From a virus: 64,000 nt of DNA. A model generated the notes under the pieces. That model did not search any database. It was not told the origin of the DNA and saw only the letters and a list, made by a program, of their open reading frames with translations. This document shows, piece after piece, positions 59,069 through 64,000 of this stretch. Position 1 is the stretch's first letter. Each line of letters begins with the position of its first letter. The position numbers and the translations under genes are program-made. The stretch is from IMG/VR virus record IMGVR_UViG_3300022744_000001, positions 2,022-66,021 of that record. One strand, 5' to 3'.

Positions 59069-59551
59069 TCAGCGACCGAGGTCGCGTTCCTTGCGCTCCC
59101 ACATGGCTTCATGGGCCAGGTGCATCTCGAGGCCGCAGGAATAACCCTCCTCCACAGCGCGACGTTCGTTGTAGTCGTAGAGCTTGTCCTGAGCGATCAT
59201 TTCGGCTGTGTCCACCCAAAGCTCGGGGGTCACCTTCTTGCCCGCCAGAGCGCGAATCACGAGAGCCTTGAACTCTTCGGCCGTTCCACCCGCGGACACA
59301 AACATTCCGCGGAAGTGCATGGCGGCGTTGCGGTGAATCCGGAGGTGGTGAGCGCGAGCTTCCGCCTCGCTGAGCCGATCCCCGTCACGGTCGTATTCCG
59401 GATGAGGGACGTTCCCGCCGTGAAAGCGGCACTTGTGCCAGGTATCAAGGTCCGAGTTGAGCCAGCCACCGCCACGGCAAGGGCACTTGGAGGGGTTGAC
59501 TTCCGCCCACATCCCGCGCTCAAGCTCGTTGTATTCGTGCTGCATGCTCAT
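59069..59551 (-). CDS. hypothetical protein (160 aa)
   Basis: ATG ORF containing CPCRGGGW...HKCRFH. Confidence 0.55.
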   Translation of the reverse strand: MSMQHEYNELERGMWAEVNPSKCPCRGGGWLNSDLDTWHKCRFHGGNVPHPEYDRDGDRLSEAEARAHHLRIHRNAAMHFRGMFVSAGGTAEEFKALVIRALAGKKVTPELWVDTAEMIAQDKLYDYNERRAVEEGYSCGLEMHLAHEAMWERKERDLGR

Positions 59552-59659
59552 CTTCGTACCCGTCCTTCCTTGCCTAAAGAACGCGGAAGGCCCTCAGAAT
59601 CTATACTGGGAGCAGCGATTTTTCGAGAGCTGTGAGCAAGCCAGCGGAATCAAAAGCGT

Positions 59660-60292
59660 TTACCGTCCAGCCTCACGAGCTGCCCGGCGGCGGTTGTCGA
59701 TGGGGATGAGTCCGGACCAACCCGTTCCCAGGGCTTCGATGGCTTTATAGATGGCCGCGGCGTGGGGTTGCAGCACGTCGTACGGGGCGTTGGCGATCCA
59801 GAACATCTGGGACGCGCAGAAGGTCCCAGGCTCTTGCACGGAGTGGTCTACCCGGAGCAGGCCCTCCATGTGGTTGAACGCCGGACTGTCGAGCATGTCC
59901 TCGGTGATCTCGGCCATCTTCTCCCCGGGTTTGAACTGGGGTGGCGGGCGCAGCATTGCGTGGCGGAACCCATTCCCACCCTCGTCGTACTCTTTGGCCT
60001 CTCCCAGGTAAATGTAAGGCTGCACGTTCTCGAACGCCCAGCGGGTCGGGTCAAGGATGCTCTTGTCCTTGAGGACGACCCAGCCGTGGTGAACCCAACC
60101 CACGTGGGAGAGATGGCCGAACACCGGGGACTCGGGGCTGACCTTGCCACGGAAGTGCCCGTACACGGCCGTTGCCCCTTCCACGAGCTTGGCGGCTTCG
60201 GTCGCGAGCCAGAAGCACTGTCCTGCCCAATACGCAGCGGGTCGCTTCGTCACCTTCTCGAGCATTTCAAGGGTGAGTTGTTCAGGTCGCAT
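59660..60292 (-). CDS. hypothetical protein (210 aa)
   Basis: Internal ATG 60292 (MRPEQLTLEML...). Confidence 0.55.
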   Translation of the reverse strand: MRPEQLTLEMLEKVTKRPAAYWAGQCFWLATEAAKLVEGATAVYGHFRGKVSPESPVFGHLSHVGWVHHGWVVLKDKSILDPTRWAFENVQPYIYLGEAKEYDEGGNGFRHAMLRPPPQFKPGEKMAEITEDMLDSPAFNHMEGLLRVDHSVQEPGTFCASQMFWIANAPYDVLQPHAAAIYKAIEALGTGWSGLIPIDNRRRAAREAGR

Positions 60293-60521
60293 TGGGAGTC
60301 TCCTTGTGGTCCTCGTGCTCTGCCATGAACTTGAGTCGCCCCCTGACGCCATGGGACTCGACCCACACCTGGCAGTGCTCGCACCAGCGCTCGACCACGG
60401 TCATCGTGGTCATGGCCAACGGACCAAGGTCAATGACTCGCCCGTCAGCTGTTTGGCATTCGAAACTCTTCCCAGGGGAGGTCTCGAGTCGGCGGTTCCG
60501 CTCTTCTCCATGCTTCGGCAT
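60282..60521 (-). CDS. hypothetical protein (79 aa)
   Basis: ATG ORF containing CEHC. Its stop overlaps the next start by 11 nt. Confidence 0.45.
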   Translation of the reverse strand: MPKHGEERNRRLETSPGKSFECQTADGRVIDLGPLAMTTMTVVERWCEHCQVWVESHGVRGRLKFMAEHEDHKETPNAT

Positions 60522-60590
60522 TCGCTCCTACCAGCCGAGGCCAATATACCTCAGCATCTTGGTAACGCGCGAGCGAATCCGAACCTAAAC

Positions 60591-60887
60591 TCAGGCGGGA
60601 CGTTTTCCGAGGATATCGATGAGCTGCAATTCCTGTATGCTGGTCAACCCCATGCAGTAGAGGTAGCCTTGCACGAACCCTACCCATTGAAGGGCTCGCT
60701 CTGGTTTGCCTCGACCCACCATGTCCCGGGCCTCCCCGAGCATCCAACGGAGGTGAGCGTAGACGTCCCGTGGGTGGGTTGAGTGAGGGTTTCTGACCGG
60801 GGCCAAGCTGTCGCCAGCGGCTTCCAAGATGATCTGGTCCATGGCGTCAATCACGCCCTCGAGCCAGCCTTCTGGGCACTCTTCCAT
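60591..60887 (-). CDS. hypothetical protein (98 aa)
   Basis: ATG 60887 overlaps the upstream stop (ATGA). Confidence 0.5.
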   Translation of the reverse strand: MEECPEGWLEGVIDAMDQIILEAAGDSLAPVRNPHSTHPRDVYAHLRWMLGEARDMVGRGKPERALQWVGFVQGYLYCMGLTSIQELQLIDILGKRPA

Positions 60888-61198
60888 CACAACCCTCCCG
60901 CTGGGCCAAGGAACTTCTGCAAGCGACGCTGGAAGTCTCGCACGGCCACCTCGAGCTTGCCTGTGGTCGCGAGGGCAGTCAGCCCGAACACGGACACGGT
61001 CGGGCCGTCCCGGCCACTGTTGGGCCCCTCGTAGGTGAGGGTCCCGCGCCACTGCTTGTCATCATAGGGCCAGACCTCGACACATTGCCCGTGGGCGATG
61101 AGTTCGTACCCACCTCCCATCTCCGCTTTCTTCATCCTACGGCCCATGAAAACCGGCGGCTTTTCCGTGGGAACCACCCGTAATGGCGTTCGCATCAC
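60887..61198 (-). CDS. hypothetical protein (103 aa)
   Basis: ATGA overlap with the upstream gene at 61195-61198. Confidence 0.5.
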   Translation of the reverse strand: MMRTPLRVVPTEKPPVFMGRRMKKAEMGGGYELIAHGQCVEVWPYDDKQWRGTLTYEGPNSGRDGPTVSVFGLTALATTGKLEVAVRDFQRRLQKFLGPAGGL

Positions 61199-61458
61199 AC
61201 ACCCACCTCGCGGTTTTCAGCTACACCGGGTAGCGCCCACAGCGGCGGGTAGATCGACCTTTTGCCAGTGGGCTCGAACTGCTCGAGCACCTCAGCAAGG
61301 GAAAGCGTCAGCTTCGAATCACCTTCGATGAGAAGGTCCAGGGTTTCTAACCTCCCCTCGCCCCAGTGAGTGCACGAAACCCACCCAACTTTGGATGTGG
61401 TTTTGTGCTGAAGGTAAGCGCCTCGATACAACCAAATAGGCGGAAGCTCGACCTGCAT
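61195..61458 (-). CDS. hypothetical protein (87 aa)
   Basis: Internal ATG 61458 (MQVELPPIWLY...). The longer track ORF would cross the divergent intergenic hairpin. Confidence 0.45.
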   Translation of the reverse strand: MQVELPPIWLYRGAYLQHKTTSKVGWVSCTHWGEGRLETLDLLIEGDSKLTLSLAEVLEQFEPTGKRSIYPPLWALPGVAENREVGV

Positions 61459-61485
61459 ACAAACGTGACCCCCAGCAATAGAACA

Positions 61486-61525
61486 CCGGCCTCTGAGCTG
61501 ACTAGGGGGCAGTCTCAGAGGCCGG
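61486..61525. promoter_or_regulatory. perfect 12-bp inverted repeat in divergent intergenic region
   Basis: CCGGCCTCTGAG-N16-CTCAGAGGCCGG lies between the minus operon start (61458) and the plus operon start (61544). Confidence 0.5.
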
Positions 61526-61543
61526 TGGAGACCACGGAGGGGG

Positions 61544-61879
61544 ATGGGTCTCCGTTCTATTACACCGGTGTCAGGGTTTAAGTGCAAGGGGGTAGTTTTG
61601 ATCCTGTATTTGGGTAAGGGGCACGTTCGAGGTCTACAGTTTGAGCTTGAGTCGCAAGAGGCCGTGCTCTGGGTGCGTGAAGGGGACGACTTTCAGGCAA
61701 CTCTGGTCTCAGACAAAGGCCCTCTTCTGCACACAGCAGTGCAAGATGAATGGCGGATCTTCGTCCTTCCAGGGCCTGGGGAATGGCGGGCCACTTTCCT
61801 TGGCCCTAAAAAAGCCCCCGAGACCGTGTTCGTTGGCGTGCGGTGTACGGATCAAGGCAAGGTTCTCACAGTTTTCTGA
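61544..61879 (+). CDS. hypothetical protein (111 aa; start uncertain)
   Basis: ATG lies only 3 nt after GGAGG. No family recognised. Confidence 0.4.
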   Translation: MGLRSITPVSGFKCKGVVLILYLGKGHVRGLQFELESQEAVLWVREGDDFQATLVSDKGPLLHTAVQDEWRIFVLPGPGEWRATFLGPKKAPETVFVGVRCTDQGKVLTVF

Positions 61880-61884
61880 GGTGT

Positions 61885-62547
61885 ATGCCAGATTGGGTCT
61901 GCCGAACGTGCGGGGAATGGACGGGAGACGGTCGCGGGGGCGACGGCCCTCCTTCGTTTTGCCGGTGCGATCGAGAGCGAATCCGCTCGAGCGGGGAGCC
62001 CATCCCGCCCGAAACTCAACGGGCCATGACTAACTCCGAGCGTGCGGCACCGGAGCCTCGTCGCCCCATCCCGCCACCCCCGCCACCCCAGGTGACCAAA
62101 AAGTGCTACATTTGCGGCTCGGACGATGTCGCCACGGAGATTGCGGCTAGGTCGGGACAAGTCCCTCTGGGGCCCGAGATTTTCTACCGAGCGGTCGAAG
62201 ACACGTGCCGCAACTGCGGGGAGACCGGGGACTTCAACCGGGAGAACGACTTCCGAATTGAGGCCGCGTACCTCGAGTCAGGGGTTCGGTTTGTGCGCGA
62301 GACCCTGGCTTGGTTTGAGTCCGAGGGCACCTCGATGGTCGAAATCGACCGCTGCCTTCGCATGAAGATCGGCACCTGCGGGAAGTGGGCTCAGGGGAAG
62401 TCCATCACGGCCGAGGCCGTAGCGCTCATGCAGATCTTGAAGACCTTCCCATGGCTGCTCAACGTGGCAGACAACGACTTCTCCGATGCGGACGGGGAAA
62501 TTGCGAAGATGCTTCGGGAGCACCTGCTGATCGACGTCCCTCAGTAG
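61885..62547 (+). CDS. zinc-ribbon + HTH protein, MqsA-antitoxin-like C-terminus
   Basis: ATG 61885 lies after the upstream stop and GAGGTG. CRTCGEW...CRC and CYICG...CRNCG ribbons. C-terminal segment GKWAQGKSITAEAVALMQILKTFPWLL. Confidence 0.45.
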   Translation: MPDWVCRTCGEWTGDGRGGDGPPSFCRCDRERIRSSGEPIPPETQRAMTNSERAAPEPRRPIPPPPPPQVTKKCYICGSDDVATEIAARSGQVPLGPEIFYRAVEDTCRNCGETGDFNRENDFRIEAAYLESGVRFVRETLAWFESEGTSMVEIDRCLRMKIGTCGKWAQGKSITAEAVALMQILKTFPWLLNVADNDFSDADGEIAKMLREHLLIDVPQ

Positions 62548-62708
62548 GGCAGGTTGTCCTGGGGGTCGGTGGGCGGGAGCGTCGGAACGCTCTGGGCGTA
62601 GCGCACCCACGCCTCGAACGAGAGAGGGGTGGTGTGCTTTTCGGCGCAGGACGAGACGTAGTCGTCGTAGGCGGCTCGGGCTTCTTGTTCTTGGATCAGG
62701 CTGGTCAT
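62541..62708 (-). CDS. small hypothetical protein (55 aa)
   Basis: My own translation; below the track size cutoff. MTSLIQEQEARAAYDDYVSSCAEKHTTPLSFEAWVRYAQSVPTLPPTDPQDNLPY, with strongly G/C-biased third positions. Confidence 0.45.
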   Translation of the reverse strand: MTSLIQEQEARAAYDDYVSSCAEKHTTPLSFEAWVRYAQSVPTLPPTDPQDNLPY

Positions 62709-62763
62709 GTCCACCTAACGCATGGGGCTCGACGATTCTGAACCGGAATCGTAGGCTCCGCCC

Positions 62764-62982
62764 ATGGATTACGACCAGCAGCCCGACCGAGACACGGAAG
62801 CACTCAAAACCGCATGGGGTTCTGTCCGCGAGGCCGCTACCGCCGTGGAGGCCGCCCAATCCGCTATGCGGTCCGTAGGGGTGCGCCTCACAGTGAACGT
62901 GAGTTTGCCACCGGGCGTGCCCCTTTACACGGAAGTTCCGGCTCCTTCCGAGCGCCCCAAAAGAGTCGGCCGGAACGATTGA
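62764..62982 (+). CDS. hypothetical protein (72 aa)
   Basis: ATG ORF. Confidence 0.4.
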   Translation: MDYDQQPDRDTEALKTAWGSVREAATAVEAAQSAMRSVGVRLTVNVSLPPGVPLYTEVPAPSERPKRVGRND

Positions 62983-63007
62983 CTTCCTTTGTTTTTACGG
63001 ATAGTTT
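62979..63007 (+). promoter_or_regulatory. sigma-70-like promoter of tRNA-like element A
   Basis: TTGACT, a 17-nt spacer, then TAGTTT. The -10 ends 6 nt before GGAAGCG at 63014. Confidence 0.5.
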
Positions 63008-63013
63008 GCGATC

Positions 63014-63099
63014 GGAAGCGTCTTGGTAGTCCAGGCCCCCGTCTTCTTCTTCGCAGCCAGCGGGGGCCTGGGGTGCAGGTTCGATTCCTGCCGCTTCCT
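63014..63099 (+). ncRNA. tRNA-like RNA A (acceptor + T-arm intact, no normal anticodon arm)
   Basis: Acceptor GGAAGCG/CGCUUCC (7/7) and T-arm GCAGG-UUCGAUU-CCUGC. The centre is an 11-bp stem CCAGGCCCCCG/CGGGGGCCUGG around the 19-nt loop UCUUCUUCUUCGCAGCCAG. No CCA is encoded. Confidence 0.5.
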
Positions 63100-63149
63100 C
63101 TTTACCCCGGCGCGAGGGTTCAGCCGCCCATAAAAAAGGGCAAGCGGGC

Positions 63150-63178
63150 TTGACGCGTGTAGGATCAATTACTACTTT
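63150..63178 (+). promoter_or_regulatory. sigma-70-like promoter of tRNA-like element B
   Basis: TTGACG, a 17-nt spacer, then TACTTT. The -10 ends 5 nt before GGAAGCG at 63184. The -35 context TTGACGCGT is identical to 30743. Confidence 0.45.
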
Positions 63179-63183
63179 CTGAG

Positions 63184-63258
63184 GGAAGCGCTCGGTGGCC
63201 AGGCGTCCCCCATGTCCCCCATGTGGCGTCCGGTGAGGGTTCGAATCCCCCGCTTCAG
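63184..63258 (+). ncRNA. tRNA-like element B (degenerate copy of A)
   Basis: Same 5' GGAAGCG and 3' CGCTTC, with a T-loop-like GAGGG-TTCGAAT-CCCCC. The centre holds the tandem 9-mer GTCCCCCAT x2 and does not fold as an anticodon arm. Confidence 0.35.
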
Positions 63259-63263
63259 CTTTA

Positions 63264-63830
63264 TCAGCACTCCTCGAGCTGTCCGTCTCGCAACCACCCG
63301 TGATACGAACCGCAGATGATGCTGGGGGTCACGGTGATGTTGGGTGGGGTCCCGGTTCGGGTCCACCAGCCGCCCCCGCTGGCAGGGCCGTCCACGACCC
63401 AATCGCCCCCGGGCGTACGCACCACCAGGACGTCGCCGTCAGGGCTCTTCGCGAAGCTTGTGCCTTTGAGCCAGCTCGCAATCCACATCGAGCCCACTGG
63501 GGCTTGTCCGAGCACCGTGAGGTCGCCCGTCCCCGGGTGCCGGTACATCCGGGTCTTGCCCACCTGCCACTGGTCCGCGGGCATGAACTCGTACTGGCAC
63601 GCCACGCAATGAGTCGGCCACCGGGGGTCGGCCCGGTCCACGCCGTCCAAGGTGTGCTCCCCCTCGAGCTGATTTGCAAAGGGGTATGGCATCTGACCGA
63701 TGGTTGCTTTTGCGTCGTGCCCCCACTCGTGAACACACGGGGTGGCGCTCGAGGAGTAGGTGAAGCGCCGCAAGGACACCTCAGCTACTTCGGTAGGTTC
63801 AAGTAGGTAACAGGTAATCTTGCGGGTCAT
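63264..63830 (-). CDS. hypothetical protein, possibly DUF6527-like
   Basis: 188 aa. The C-terminal WWTRTGTPPNITVTPSIICGSYHGWLRDGQLEEC resembles my recollection of DUF6527. Confidence 0.55.
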   Translation of the reverse strand: MTRKITCYLLEPTEVAEVSLRRFTYSSSATPCVHEWGHDAKATIGQMPYPFANQLEGEHTLDGVDRADPRWPTHCVACQYEFMPADQWQVGKTRMYRHPGTGDLTVLGQAPVGSMWIASWLKGTSFAKSPDGDVLVVRTPGGDWVVDGPASGGGWWTRTGTPPNITVTPSIICGSYHGWLRDGQLEEC

Positions 63831-63853
63831 GCCTAAGACGGTGCATAAAAAGA

Positions 63854-63881
63854 AGGAGGGGAGGCTTTCACCTCCCCTCCT
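63854..63881 (-). terminator. intrinsic terminator
   Basis: AGGAGGGGAGG-ctttca-CCTCCCCTCCT is an 11-bp perfect stem. On the minus strand it is followed by TTCTTTTT. It lies 78 nt downstream of the stop at 63959-63961. Confidence 0.65.
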
Positions 63882-63958
63882 TTGGGCTTTGTTTCAAGAC
63901 GGGATGCCAGCAGCCGCTGTCCTGAGTTCTCCCCAGGCACCATACGCCCCGGATAGTC

Positions 63959-64000
63959 TTAGAGGGTGACCTCGTCGTTGATCCCACGGAAGCCGTGGAA
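63959..64000 (-). CDS. C-terminal end of an ORF entering from beyond the window
   Basis: The reverse strand reads ...FHGFRGINDEVTL-TAA, followed by the terminator hairpin. Too short to assess. Confidence 0.3.
   Translation of the reverse strand, partial: FHGFRGINDEVTL

Noticed and set aside
63014-63262. Phage attachment site (attP) built on a tRNA 3' fragment
   Set aside because: No integrase or recombinase gene is recognisable anywhere in the window, both elements have their own well-placed promoters, and element A has a complete acceptor stem (both halves). This cannot be fully excluded without the host genome.
1-64000. Global reassignment of TAG to a sense codon
   Set aside because: Long ORFs such as the 1266-aa, 1000-aa, 585-aa and 550-aa genes are intact under the standard code. 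TAG terminates several well-supported genes exactly where neighbours begin (2788, 5558, 6903, 19324, 22999, 54729). Any recoding must be local or lie outside this window.

Overview
GC-rich, gene-dense window with strong G/C third-codon bias and many ATGA/GTGA start-stop overlaps. It reads like part of a large tailed-phage or prophage genome rather than a core bacterial chromosome. Supporting content: 11 tRNA genes on the minus strand (507-4242) interleaved with small ORFs, plus a plus-strand tRNA with anticodon CUA (amber suppressor, 33692-33783). There is a minus-strand operon with two DNA methyltransferases, one fused to an SNF2 helicase (7612-14231), and sigma-factor-like genes (14256-16881). 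Nucleotide and translation enzymes include dCTP deaminase, peptide deformylase, two Nudix hydrolases, a 5'-deoxynucleotidase, a nucleoside hydrolase and a Pth2-like hydrolase. Three large fibre-like proteins, two of them glycine-rich, lie at 24190-29820. A set of signal-reversal enzymes includes ADP-ribosylglycohydrolase, a macro domain, a SLOG/DUF2493 protein, a CX5R phosphatase and a metallophosphoesterase. There is also a 3xPAS-GGDEF diguanylate cyclase, HNH and GIY-YIG nucleases, and many small Zn-ribbon proteins. Non-coding highlights: a lower-GC island with 18-bp tandem repeats and 8 GATC sites in 94 bp (about 17940-18470); two promoter-driven tRNA-like elements (62979-63258); a tRNA(GUU) with a long variable arm; a conserved motif of about 27 nt upstream of two unrelated genes; and a candidate sRNA. 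I found no rRNA, CRISPR array, integrase, transposase or reverse transcriptase. All family calls rest on motifs read by eye; no searches were run. Most long ORFs antisense to the called genes look like GC-driven shadow ORFs.
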